From Dehalococcoidales bacterium (GTDB lineage Bacteria > Chloroflexota > Dehalococcoidia > Dehalococcoidales > RBG-16-60-22), in assembly GCA_050014355.1 (NCBI GenBank), contig JBEKDL010000006.1:1543-65542 (forward strand): 64,000 nt of DNA, written 5' to 3'. A program made the translations under genes and the position numbers. Below the pieces are notes generated by a model. That model did not search any database and was not told where the DNA came from. It saw nothing but the letters and a program-made list of their open reading frames with translations. This document shows, one piece after another, positions 43,420 through 52,894 of the stretch. Numbering within the stretch: position 1 is the first letter of the stretch; every line of letters starts with the position of its first letter.

Positions 43420-44619
43420 TTAAATTACCCCATCATTGGCCATTTGGGCCAGTTCTGCCTCGGAGAAGCCCAGCATATTGCCGTAGACTTCAAGATTGTG
43501 CTCGCCGAGGAAAGGCGCCGGGAATTTGATGTTCCCCGGTGTTTTAGAGAACTTGAAAATAGAACCCGCAGTTTTGACTTTGCCCGAAAGCAACTGCTCC
43601 ACCTCGATGACCATCTCCCGGTTTTTAATCTGCGGGTCGTTGCATACCTGGGCGAAGTCCGGCACTGCCGAACAGGGCACATCGGCTTTCTTGAGCGCCT
43701 CCAGTATTTCGGCTACATTCTTCGTCTTTGTCCATTGCCCGATAACATCGTCGATTTCCTTTTTGTATTTAATGCGCACGTTTCCTTCGGCGCAGAGCGG
43801 CGAGCTCAACAAGTCGGCCCGCCCTATCGTTTTAAAGACGCTTTGAGTCTGGCCCAGCAGGGGCGCGGCGATGTACACATAGCCGTCTTTAGCGGGGTAG
43901 AGATTGGCGGGGGTAAGCCACTCATCGCCGTTGCCGTATCTTTGGGGGACTTTACCGTCTAGGAAATAGGTGGGGCCGCACCACATGGAGGTGGGGAGGA
44001 AGACGCAGTCCTGCAAAGACATATCGATGGCCTGCCCCTGCCCGGTACGGTTCCTGTATTGCAGGGCTGCCAGGATGGCTACCGCGGTAAAGATGCCGGT
44101 CACCAGGTCCCCCATGGGCACGCCTACCTTAGTGGGGGTGCCATCGGGATAGCCGGTAACGCTCATCATGCCTCCCATGGCTTGGGCCACCGGGTCGAAG
44201 ACCACATCGTGCTGGCGGGGGCCGGTATGCCCGAACCCGGAAATGGAAGCGTATATCAACTTCGGGTTCAGATTGCAGAGCTCCTTGCTGCCGAGGCCGA
44301 ACCTGTCCATGACGCCGGGGGTAAAATTCTCGATCAGTACGTCCACCTTCTGCGCCAGCGACCGCGCGACTTCGCGGCCTTTTGGGCTGGTCGTGTTCAA
44401 GGTGACGCTTTTTTTGCCGCGGTTCAGCATGATAAAGGCGCCGCTTTCTTCAGCCGCGGTGCGGGGGGCGTTCTTGCGCGGCCCTTCCCCGCCGTCTTTC
44501 ACCGTTCTTTCCACCTTGATGATTTCAGCCCCCAGGTCCCGCAGCAGCAGTGTGCAGAATGGCCCGGCGTACCACATCGTAAAGTCTAAAACCTTGATTC
44601 CGTCCAATGCGCCGGCCAT
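43420..44619 (-). CDS. CaiB/BaiF family (class III) CoA-transferase
   Basis: LDGIKVLDFTMWYAGPFCTLLLRDLGAEIIKVE. Start taken at the ATG after AAGGGGG; the track start is 44655. Confidence 0.9.
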   Translation of the reverse strand: MAGALDGIKVLDFTMWYAGPFCTLLLRDLGAEIIKVERTVKDGGEGPRKNAPRTAAEESGAFIMLNRGKKSVTLNTTSPKGREVARSLAQKVDVLIENFTPGVMDRFGLGSKELCNLNPKLIYASISGFGHTGPRQHDVVFDPVAQAMGGMMSVTGYPDGTPTKVGVPMGDLVTGIFTAVAILAALQYRNRTGQGQAIDMSLQDCVFLPTSMWCGPTYFLDGKVPQRYGNGDEWLTPANLYPAKDGYVYIAAPLLGQTQSVFKTIGRADLLSSPLCAEGNVRIKYKKEIDDVIGQWTKTKNVAEILEALKKADVPCSAVPDFAQVCNDPQIKNREMVIEVEQLLSGKVKTAGSIFKFSKTPGNIKFPAPFLGEHNLEVYGNMLGFSEAELAQMANDGVI

Positions 44620-44848
44620 ATTGACCCCCTTATGATGATTTATTGAATCATTCATTGAACATGCGTAGTAGAATATTCAGGTTAATTATAATTTGTTTTA
44701 GATGGCGGCGCAATGACGTTACTGACCTGACAAAGGGTTGACATAAAACAAATAATGCAATTTGTGCACGGACGTTGAACCAGTATATAATTGAACAGTC
44801 AAGTCCAGGCAATGCGCTTTTAGTAAACACGAAACCAGGAGGATTTTT

Positions 44849-45664
44849 ATGCCGTACGAAGCTATAAGGTATGAAAAGGGCGAAAATTACGGTGTGATTA
44901 CCCTGAACCGTCCCGAGCGTTTGAACGCGATAGGTAGGCAGATGGTTACCGAGGTGCTTAAGGTCATCGATGAAATATCCGGCAGCAACGAAGTGAACGC
45001 GTTGATTATCACGGGGGCGCCGCGACCGGACGGCCGTCCCTGTTTTTGCGCCGGTGCTGACCTTAAAGACATCATGGAAAAGGGCTTTCTGCCCCAACTG
45101 CCCCTCCAGACCGCCATGCAGGCAATCGTCAGCGGCGATAGGAAAGGCGACGGCGCTTTCTGGGAGATTGTGGCCCGGTGCCCCAAGATTACCATCGCGG
45201 CTATCGACGGCGTATGTTCCGCCGGCGGCCTGGAGCTGGCGCTGGCCTGTGATATTATCCTCGCCTCGGAGACGGCGCAGATAGGCGATTTACACATGAA
45301 AAATATGGGGGGTATCGGCGGGGCGGCCGTGACGGTAAACCTGGCGCGGCGCGTGGGTGTGGCCAGGGCCATCGAGATGGTCACGACTTCTGACTTTCTC
45401 GACGGCAAAGAGGCCCACCGCATTAATCTGGCCAACCACGTCTTTCCACCGGCGAAGCTGATGGAAGGGGCCAGGGAGCTGGCGAAGAAAATCGGCGGCA
45501 TGCGGCCCGACGCTACGGCGCTGGTGAAATCGGCGTGCAACGCTATCTACAATATGGACTACCGCACCGCCTGGCGCTACGCGGACGCCTGTTCCGCCGC
45601 CCTGGGTGCCGCGCCGAAAAGCGCCGTCCCGGAAGGAAGCAAAAAAGAGCCTCCTCGCAAGTAG
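44849..45664 (+). CDS. enoyl-CoA hydratase/isomerase family protein
   Basis: GVITLNRPERLNA, CFCAGADLK, GGLELALACD. Confidence 0.9.
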   Translation: MPYEAIRYEKGENYGVITLNRPERLNAIGRQMVTEVLKVIDEISGSNEVNALIITGAPRPDGRPCFCAGADLKDIMEKGFLPQLPLQTAMQAIVSGDRKGDGAFWEIVARCPKITIAAIDGVCSAGGLELALACDIILASETAQIGDLHMKNMGGIGGAAVTVNLARRVGVARAIEMVTTSDFLDGKEAHRINLANHVFPPAKLMEGARELAKKIGGMRPDATALVKSACNAIYNMDYRTAWRYADACSAALGAAPKSAVPEGSKKEPPRK

Positions 45665-45670
45665 GATTGG

Positions 45671-46168
45671 TCAGTCTTTACCGATAATATCTTCTATTTC
45701 CTGGCGCGCGCGGGCGAGAACCTCTTTGATGCGGGGCCATTTCTCCGTCCCCGGGCGGAAAGTCCGCCGGCCGATGAGTTGCCACAGCCCGCCGAGTTCC
45801 TGCATGGCATCATGGAAATCCTGGTGGCTGTGCGGGCCCGACCAGTCTTTCATCTGCTCCTTGATCTTAGCGATGACATCCTGCCGCTCGGTCAGGAACT
45901 TTTTACCTTCTTCGGTGATGGTGTAGACCTTTTTGCCGTCACGCTCCGAAGAGCTAACGTAGCCCATATCTTCGAGCATCTGGAGGGTAGGGTAAACGCT
46001 GCCGGCGCTGGGGGTATAGAAGCCGTGGAAAGAACCTTCTAGGGCGCGCATTATCTCATAGCCGTGGCTCGGTTTATCTTTTACGAGATTGAGGATGATG
46101 TATTTAAGGTCGCCTTTTTCGAAGATGCGCTGGTGCGGGGGAAAGGGAAAAAACGGTCTGCGAAACAT
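45671..46168 (-). CDS. PadR family transcriptional regulator
   Basis: KPSHGYEIMRAL...SAGSVYPTLQMLEDMGYV. ATG at 46168 after AAAGGAGAA. Confidence 0.85.
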   Translation of the reverse strand: MFRRPFFPFPPHQRIFEKGDLKYIILNLVKDKPSHGYEIMRALEGSFHGFYTPSAGSVYPTLQMLEDMGYVSSSERDGKKVYTITEEGKKFLTERQDVIAKIKEQMKDWSGPHSHQDFHDAMQELGGLWQLIGRRTFRPGTEKWPRIKEVLARARQEIEDIIGKD

Positions 46169-46325
46169 GGTATTATTCTCCTTTTCGGTATTGCGATATA
46201 TCGTAACATATCTAAATAAATTTGTCAATGACCGGCGTTGTAATTTACCGGTCGAAAGTATAAAATAGAGTCATTCTATCTCGTCTGACCGTAAAAAATA
46301 CCCTGTAGTTCACCACCGGGGGTGA

Positions 46326-47618
46326 ATGGTGGTCTCGAAAGGACAAGCGATTACTGAACCGCAACGCAAACAGCGCTCTTTTTTGTGGACTTCGCTGCCG
46401 TGGTTCATTATGGCCCACTTCGGCCACCACCTGCTGACGGCCCTGCCCAACCCGATGTTACCAGCGATAAGCACGGAGTTTAATCTGGACTATACCCATG
46501 CCTCCTTTGTGACAACCTCTTTTGCTATCGCGGGAGGCGCCGCCCAGATACCCTCCGGATTGATGGCTGACCGTATCAAACCCGCGATATTGATAGCCAT
46601 AGGTACGCTCGGGGTGGCGGTGGGCGGCATCCTGGTAGGTCTTTCGCACACCTATACCATGCTGCTGGTCTGCCTGGTGGTCATGGGACTGATGACCGGC
46701 GGTTACCATCCAGCCTCGACCCCCCTTATCCTTGCTTCGGTGGAACCGCAACAGCGCGGCAAAGCGCTCGGCTTCCATCTCGTGGGGGGGAACTCTAGCT
46801 TCTTCATCGCTCCGATAATCGCCGGTTTTTTGATAGCAGCGCTGCCTGGCCTGGGCTGGCGTGGTCCTTTCCTTATATTGGCAATTCCGACGGCCGTTTT
46901 CGGGCTGATATTTTTTATCTATTTAACAAAGCGGGGAGGTAAAGGCCACGCCGAAGCGGCGCGCAAGCGGCTAGCCAGCGAGAAGCCGCCGCAGCCCGGG
47001 TATAAACGCCGGCTCATCTCATATCTGGTAATGATGATAGTCGGCGGCGGCGCGGGCATGTCCCTCAATTCGTTCCTCACGCTTTATATGTCTCGCGTAT
47101 TGATGCAGGACCTGCCCCGGCATACTGCCGACTCAAGGGCGAGTATTTTGATATCGATACTCTATCTCCCGGGTATTTTCGGCGGTCCGGTTATCGGGGG
47201 GTGGATATCCGACCGCATCGGAAGCGCTAAGATAGTAATCGCCTCCAACATTATCAGCGGACTGATAGTCTTCGGCGTGAAATCGTTTCCTCTGGGGTTC
47301 GCTTTCTATGCCATGCTCTTCATCATGGGGCTGAATATGGCCATCCGTATGCCGGTGACCGAGGTCTTTATCATGAGCCAGACGCCCGCCAACCGGCGCT
47401 CCACAATCTACGGAATCTACTATTCAACGATGCAGTACACGGGCGCTATTTTCGCCCCTATCATGGGCGGGCTCATTCAAAAATATACTTTTAACACGAT
47501 GTTTACTTTCTCGGCGATTACAGTGACAGTAGTGGCGATAGTAACGGCTTTCTTTTACGGGGATGCCAAAGACCATTACTCTGACCCGACGCCGAACTCG
47601 CCAGTTCCCGCCAGGTAG
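46326..47618 (+). CDS. MFS transporter
   Basis: 430 aa, about 12 TM helices. MADRIKP loop between TM2 and TM3. Confidence 0.8.
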   Translation: MVVSKGQAITEPQRKQRSFLWTSLPWFIMAHFGHHLLTALPNPMLPAISTEFNLDYTHASFVTTSFAIAGGAAQIPSGLMADRIKPAILIAIGTLGVAVGGILVGLSHTYTMLLVCLVVMGLMTGGYHPASTPLILASVEPQQRGKALGFHLVGGNSSFFIAPIIAGFLIAALPGLGWRGPFLILAIPTAVFGLIFFIYLTKRGGKGHAEAARKRLASEKPPQPGYKRRLISYLVMMIVGGGAGMSLNSFLTLYMSRVLMQDLPRHTADSRASILISILYLPGIFGGPVIGGWISDRIGSAKIVIASNIISGLIVFGVKSFPLGFAFYAMLFIMGLNMAIRMPVTEVFIMSQTPANRRSTIYGIYYSTMQYTGAIFAPIMGGLIQKYTFNTMFTFSAITVTVVAIVTAFFYGDAKDHYSDPTPNSPVPAR

Positions 47619-47622
47619 ATTT

Positions 47623-48849
47623 TCACGATTCGCCCAGTAGCTTTTCGCCGCGCTCCATCAATATTTTCTGGCGTTCCGGCGGCACTTTTTGGGCTTCCAG
47701 ATAGGCCTTGAGAGCGGCCAGGGGCGTTATCTCTTCAGAGGAGTGGTTGCCCAGCCTTATGCGTGTCTCACGCCGTATCTCCCGCGCAATGGTGAAATAG
47801 TGAGCGTCTTTCAGGGCTTCCTGCATTTCGCGGTAGCGGAGCTGCCCTTCGATTTGGGACGGCAGGTCGAGGTTGAGGCGTACGATGGCATTTTTGATAT
47901 TTTCCTTTTGATGGCTTAAAGCGTCCAGCACTTTAGCTGTGGGGTCGGGGTCATCCTGCCCCAGCGTGACCGCGATGGTGAGAAAGCGGCGCGCTTTCAC
48001 GGGGTGGAAATCGAAAGTCACTTTGCGGCTGGTCTGGCCTGTTTCGATATCGATTACATAGAACCCTTTTTCATCGTCTTCTTCACTGAAATCAATGCGC
48101 TCCAGGCTGCCCGCGTAGACCACGGGCGGGTTTTCCGCCAGCACCTGGTGCTTGTGAATATGTCCCAGCGCAACATAGTCGAAGGCCGGCAGGGCGATGT
48201 TCGAGAGCAACAGGACCGGCTCCTGCCCGATGGCCATCATGCTCTCCGAGCCGGCCCGGGCGGCGCCGACCGAGACATGGGCGGCCAGAATAGCGGGCAG
48301 GGAGGGGTCAAGAACGACGGCCTGGCTACTGATGACCTGCGTCAGGGCTTCCTGCATCCTCTGGTTGACCTGCTCCAGGTTGAGGTTTTTAGTATCCTCG
48401 CGGCTCAAGAGGGCGCTGCGGCGGAGCCAGGGCAAAGCGCTCACCTGTACCGCACCGCCGGTGGTCTGGATTTTGAAGGTGCCGGGTCGGCTAGCGACCG
48501 TGACGTTTTTAACCGTTAGAGTGTCGAAAATCTCGGTGGCGGTGGCGCGGCCGATGGCGTTGGGCATATCGTGGTTGCCGACGAGGAGAAAAACAGAGAT
48601 ATCGCTGGAGGCGAGGCGGTTAATGCGCCGGGCGAACTCCCGCTGCTGGGTCTGGGTGGGCTCGCGGGTCTTATAGGCGTCGCCGCAGAAGAGAACGAGG
48701 TCGACTTTTTCTGCCAGGGCATAGTCCACGAGCTCGTCCAGAGAATTTAGAAAATCGCCCAGTCGCGAAGAAAGCCCGGTAGCGGGGTCAATGCGCCCGT
48801 AGTTTTCTACTCCCAGATGCAGGTCAGCGAAGTGGATGATTTTTATCAT
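47623..48849 (-). CDS. sbcD: DNA repair exonuclease SbcD/Mre11 family
   Basis: IIHFADLHLG, CGDAY, LLVGNHD, GHIH phosphoesterase motifs. Confidence 0.85.
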   Translation of the reverse strand: MIKIIHFADLHLGVENYGRIDPATGLSSRLGDFLNSLDELVDYALAEKVDLVLFCGDAYKTREPTQTQQREFARRINRLASSDISVFLLVGNHDMPNAIGRATATEIFDTLTVKNVTVASRPGTFKIQTTGGAVQVSALPWLRRSALLSREDTKNLNLEQVNQRMQEALTQVISSQAVVLDPSLPAILAAHVSVGAARAGSESMMAIGQEPVLLLSNIALPAFDYVALGHIHKHQVLAENPPVVYAGSLERIDFSEEDDEKGFYVIDIETGQTSRKVTFDFHPVKARRFLTIAVTLGQDDPDPTAKVLDALSHQKENIKNAIVRLNLDLPSQIEGQLRYREMQEALKDAHYFTIAREIRRETRIRLGNHSSEEITPLAALKAYLEAQKVPPERQKILMERGEKLLGES

Positions 48850-48927
48850 ACTTTATTTTAATATAACTGATGCCCCAAGACCAGCTCACCTTTATCGCGT
48901 GACTTACCCAACACTCTCATATATAAT

Positions 48928-49719
48928 ATGGCGAGTAAGATGAATGATATTTCCATAATAAACCCTGAAGTACCTGCTCTGCCCCTGCAAAAACGCGTCT
49001 GGGGCGGCTGGGCCACCGCCGGTTTCGGCGCGGTGATTATGGTGGTGCTGTTCCTGGTATTGATATTCGTCGTGGTAATTATGGCAATCGTCATCGGAAT
49101 ATCGCACCGGGAGGTTCTTGACTCTGGTAACCTCTCCGATTTAATACGCTCTTACATGGGGCTGCTTGTTTCGGTGGCCGGTATTGTCTCCTACGCGGCG
49201 GGTACCGGGCTGGTGCTCGCTTTCGTTAAAGCCCGGGGGAGGGCTGGTATCGCGGAATATCTGGGGTTAAAAAGGATTAGCTGGAAGGTCGTGCTGACCG
49301 TGGTGCTGATTACGGCGTTTTGTGTTGCCTTAACGACTGTGATAGGCAATCTCCTGCATATCGGCGAAAATGACACCCTCATGAACGACTTGTATAATTC
49401 ATCCGTGTGGCCGGCACTGCTCTGGCTAGTCGTGGTTGTTTTGGCGCCGATTTTCGAGGAGTCTCTTTTCCGCGGTTTTCTCTTCGAGGGTTTCAGAAAA
49501 TCCCGGCTTGGCGTTATCGGGACGATTATCCTGACCTCTTTCGTCTGGATGTTTTTTCACCTTGGCTATGACCTGTATTCGCTGGCGGCGATTTTCCTGT
49601 TCGGCCTGGTGCTGGGCGCGGTGCGCTATAAGACCGGATCGCTCTGGAGCACGATGCTGATGCACGCCTGTTATAATATCGTGGGGATGACTCTGATTGC
49701 GCTTAGCGCCGCCGGCTAG
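48928..49719 (+). CDS. CPBP family intramembrane glutamic endopeptidase
   Basis: FEESLFRG, FHLGY, HACYN motifs. Multi-pass membrane protein. Confidence 0.8.
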   Translation: MASKMNDISIINPEVPALPLQKRVWGGWATAGFGAVIMVVLFLVLIFVVVIMAIVIGISHREVLDSGNLSDLIRSYMGLLVSVAGIVSYAAGTGLVLAFVKARGRAGIAEYLGLKRISWKVVLTVVLITAFCVALTTVIGNLLHIGENDTLMNDLYNSSVWPALLWLVVVVLAPIFEESLFRGFLFEGFRKSRLGVIGTIILTSFVWMFFHLGYDLYSLAAIFLFGLVLGAVRYKTGSLWSTMLMHACYNIVGMTLIALSAAG

Positions 49720-49728
49720 AGAAGGCGT

Positions 49729-50382
49729 CTAGTCCAGCAGTTTCAGGACTTCTTTCAGAGAGGTTATAACCGGTCCGTGCCAGTCTGCGACGCGAGGCTT
49801 ATCCAGAACTATGTTGGATTTATCCTCATCCAGATTGCGGATAAGCACTGCGCACATGCCGACCTCCACCGCCCCTTGCAGCTCGTTACCGTCGCCATCG
49901 CCTACATAGAGGCAGGTCTCCGGTTTTACCGAGAGCTTCTCTGCCGCCATCCTGTAAATGCGCGGGTCGGGCTTGCGCAGTCCCGCCGAACTGGAAAATA
50001 TCGTCATGTCAAAGTACGGCGCGAATTGTGTGCCCGGCCAGAGTACCGGCGGCTCGGGCGAGCAGTTGCTGATGAGGCCTATTTTATAGCCGTCTGATTT
50101 GAGCTGTTTCAGCGTTGACAGGGCGTCTTTTTTAGGTGCCAGGGCGCGGGTGACCATGTCCAGCCTTACCCGGGAGGCGCTTTCAAGCTGATTTTTGGTT
50201 GGATTTATTTTGATTTCTTTACAGATGTATTCCAGGTTCTCTTCGAGAGTGCCGAAACCTCCGGTAGAGCGTTCCCCGGCCGTCTGATACCACATTTTGA
50301 TGAACTCATCGTGCGGGGCTTTCAGGGTGACGACCATCTCCTCTAAAGCGCTTTCGTACTCTTCGCGGGAGAAAATATTCAC
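49729..50382 (-). CDS. HAD-superfamily hydrolase (haloacid-dehalogenase-like subfamily); start uncertain
   Basis: Motif IV VGDGDGNE and ISNCS motif II. The in-frame upstream sequence to 50430 encodes AVIFDFYGTLV (motif I) but lacks ATG, GTG or TTG. Confidence 0.7.
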   Translation of the reverse strand: MNIFSREEYESALEEMVVTLKAPHDEFIKMWYQTAGERSTGGFGTLEENLEYICKEIKINPTKNQLESASRVRLDMVTRALAPKKDALSTLKQLKSDGYKIGLISNCSPEPPVLWPGTQFAPYFDMTIFSSSAGLRKPDPRIYRMAAEKLSVKPETCLYVGDGDGNELQGAVEVGMCAVLIRNLDEDKSNIVLDKPRVADWHGPVITSLKEVLKLLD

Positions 50383-50449
50383 CAGTGTTCCGTAAAAATC
50401 AAAAATAACGGCCTGGTATTTTTTATTGATTTACCTCACCCCCTGTATC

Positions 50450-50508
50450 CCCCTCTCCTGAAAGGCGAGGGGGAAGAAAAGAAGAGGGGCTGCGCCCCTC
50501 TTAGACGC
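50450..50508 (-). repeat. hairpin-rich leader element copy 1 (gene-sense on minus strand)
   Basis: Read on the minus strand: GCGTCTAAGA, a 7-bp hairpin, a T-rich linker, a C-arm/G-arm hairpin, then ACAGGGGG and the HAD gene start region. Confidence 0.5.
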
Positions 50509-50613
50509 TCCGTTCTATTTATTTGTCATTCCCGCGAAAGCGGGAATCTACTTTCTGCCTTATTTAAATCTGGATTTCCTGTCGGGTCGGTAAAGACGTT
50601 AAAATTTTACCTC

Positions 50614-51996
50614 TTATCCCTTCTTTTCTTCCTTCCAGATTTTGCCGCCTTCCGGCAGGACGAATAAGTCTTCACCGGCCAGCTTGGCCTGCAAGACGCT
50701 TTTCAGGGTGGGGATAGGGACGCGTATCTGGTTCATGCTATCGCGCTCGCGGATGGTGGCCATGTTATCTTCCAGCGACTGGAAGTCCACGGTGACGCAG
50801 TAGGGCGTCCCCAGCTCGTCCTGTCGGCGGTAGCGCCGACCGATGCTCTGTGTGTCGTCGTACTGGGTGGTAAAGCCGGGGCGCAACGTGTTGTAAACGT
50901 CTTTAGCTAAAGCGGCCAGGTTTTCCTTGTGGCTCAAGGGCAGCACGGCCACCTTGATGGGGGCTATGTCAGGATGGAAGTGGAAGACCACCCGTATCTC
51001 GTCCTTGTCCGGCTCCTCGTCATAAGCATCGCACATGAGGGCCAGCAGCGTCCGGTCGACGCCCGCGGAAGGCTCAATGATGTAAGGGATATAGTGCTCC
51101 TTGGTCTCATCGTCGAAATACTCCATGGACCTGCCGCTGGCGGCGCTGTGCTGCCGCAGGTCAAAGTCCGTGCGATTTGCGATGCCCTCCAGCTCCGCCC
51201 AACCGTGAGGGAAAAGATAGGTGATATCGGTGCAGGCGCGCGCGTAATGCGCCAGCTTCTCTTTCGGGTGACACTCCAGGCGCAGGTGTTCTTTATTAAT
51301 GCCTAATTTAACGTACCAGTTCAAGCGCTCCTCCACCCAGTAGTCGAACCACTTTTCATCCGTCCCCGGCTTGACGAAGAACTCGATTTCCATCTGTTCG
51401 AACTCGCGGCTGCGGAAGATGAAATTGCCGGTGGTAATCTCGTTGCGGAAGGACTTTCCCATCTGGGCGATGCCGAAGGGAAGGCGCTTACGGGAGGTAT
51501 TGAGGACGTTCGGGAAATTGACGAACATGCCCTGGGCCGTCTCCGGGCGCAGGTAGACCACGGCGGCCTCTTCTTCCACCGGCCCGATGAAAGTCTTGAA
51601 CATCACGTTGAACATGCGCTCGCCGGTAAGCTCGCCGCCGCAAGAAGGGCACACGTTTTTGGCAAGGTCATCGGCCTTCCACCTCATGTGGCAGTTCTTG
51701 CATTCTACCAGAGGGTCGGAGAAGCTCTTGACATGGCCGCTGGTCTCCCATACCTTCGAGTTCATCAGGATGCTGGTCTCTAGCCCGACGATGTCGTCAC
51801 GCTCGCGGATGTTGTCACGCCACCAGGCTTCTTTGATGTTACGCCTAAACTCGACGCCCACCGGCCCGTAGTCCCAGCAGCCGGACAGGCCGCCGTAGAT
51901 ATCGCTGTTGGGGAAGATAAAGCCGCGCCGCTGGCACAGCGAGACGAGTTTTTCCAGGCTGACTTTACCGGGTTTATTTTCTGACATCAGTTTCAC
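50614..51996 (-). CDS. glyQS: glycine--tRNA ligase (dimeric class II form)
   Basis: RRGFIFPNSDIYGGLSGCWDYGPVGVEFRRNI. 460 aa. Confidence 0.95.
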   Translation of the reverse strand: MKLMSENKPGKVSLEKLVSLCQRRGFIFPNSDIYGGLSGCWDYGPVGVEFRRNIKEAWWRDNIRERDDIVGLETSILMNSKVWETSGHVKSFSDPLVECKNCHMRWKADDLAKNVCPSCGGELTGERMFNVMFKTFIGPVEEEAAVVYLRPETAQGMFVNFPNVLNTSRKRLPFGIAQMGKSFRNEITTGNFIFRSREFEQMEIEFFVKPGTDEKWFDYWVEERLNWYVKLGINKEHLRLECHPKEKLAHYARACTDITYLFPHGWAELEGIANRTDFDLRQHSAASGRSMEYFDDETKEHYIPYIIEPSAGVDRTLLALMCDAYDEEPDKDEIRVVFHFHPDIAPIKVAVLPLSHKENLAALAKDVYNTLRPGFTTQYDDTQSIGRRYRRQDELGTPYCVTVDFQSLEDNMATIRERDSMNQIRVPIPTLKSVLQAKLAGEDLFVLPEGGKIWKEEKKG

Positions 51997-52531
51997 TCCC
52001 TGAAGTATTTTCCGTTTTTAATCCACGAGATTGCACGAAAGCCCGGGTAAAAAGCACGGCCATGATTATTCCTCCCATAAATAACACCGCCAGGGCGAAG
52101 GCCCAGAGGGCCGGGAGGGCTCTGCCGTATACATTGTAAAGGAAAATATCCGCCATTGCATAGGCAACGATAATCTGGGGGAGCGCCACCATATTGCCCA
52201 TGATGCCGAATATCGTCCGGTTCAGTTGGCTTTCGGCCAGTTGCATGCGCCGGGCCGCACCGGTGATAAAAAGGGCGATAGCCAGTGAGATTAGCACAAA
52301 AACCAGCTGAAGTCCCAGTGTCCAGACCAGGAAGCCGCCCCGGCTCACCCGGCTGACCGGCAGGCCGCCGGAGAAACGGTAGGCGGTATCCTGCGGCAGT
52401 CTGCCGTAAGAAACGGCGTCGATAGCGATGGCAATGAGCAGCACGATTACTGGCAGCGCAACGTACGCCCACCGGAAAACGATTTTTTTCGGAGTATCTT
52501 TTAAAGGTTCTGCGGTACTTATAGCGGTCAC
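51974..52531 (-). CDS. hypothetical membrane protein
   Basis: 185 aa with 4-5 TM helices. Overlaps the glyQS start by 23 nt. Confidence 0.55.
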   Translation of the reverse strand: MTAISTAEPLKDTPKKIVFRWAYVALPVIVLLIAIAIDAVSYGRLPQDTAYRFSGGLPVSRVSRGGFLVWTLGLQLVFVLISLAIALFITGAARRMQLAESQLNRTIFGIMGNMVALPQIIVAYAMADIFLYNVYGRALPALWAFALAVLFMGGIIMAVLFTRAFVQSRGLKTENTSGSETDVRK

Positions 52532-52633
52532 CTGCCTTGAAGCAAGTTACATTAAAGATTAACAGCTTTAAGGCGGGGGTGTCAAAAAAGAAAGGTAATT
52601 TAAGGTGATGGTTTTTAGCCTGCTAATAATCTT

Positions 52634-52873
52634 TTACGAGGCGCAGGTGCTGCAATTGCCGGAGCTGCATCCGGAGCAGGAAGAACCCGAATTACCGGGC
52701 ATGGCTTTTGGAATACCGGAATCGCTCGAGATAAAACCATTGAAAGTGGACATTTTGCGCCGGGCGGGTTTATGGCAGCGGGGGCATTCCGCCGTTTTAC
52801 CAGCCTGGCTCAAGGGGCGTAATTGCTCAAATTTGGAATCACATTCCGAGCAAAGATATTCGTATATCGGCAT
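52634..52873 (-). CDS. FmdB-family zinc-ribbon protein
   Basis: MPIYEYLCSECDSKFE...CPRC plus a Cys/Ser/Gly-rich tail. Confidence 0.8.
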   Translation of the reverse strand: MPIYEYLCSECDSKFEQLRPLSQAGKTAECPRCHKPARRKMSTFNGFISSDSGIPKAMPGNSGSSCSGCSSGNCSTCAS

Positions 52874-52894
52874 ATGTATTCTCCTGCTAATATT

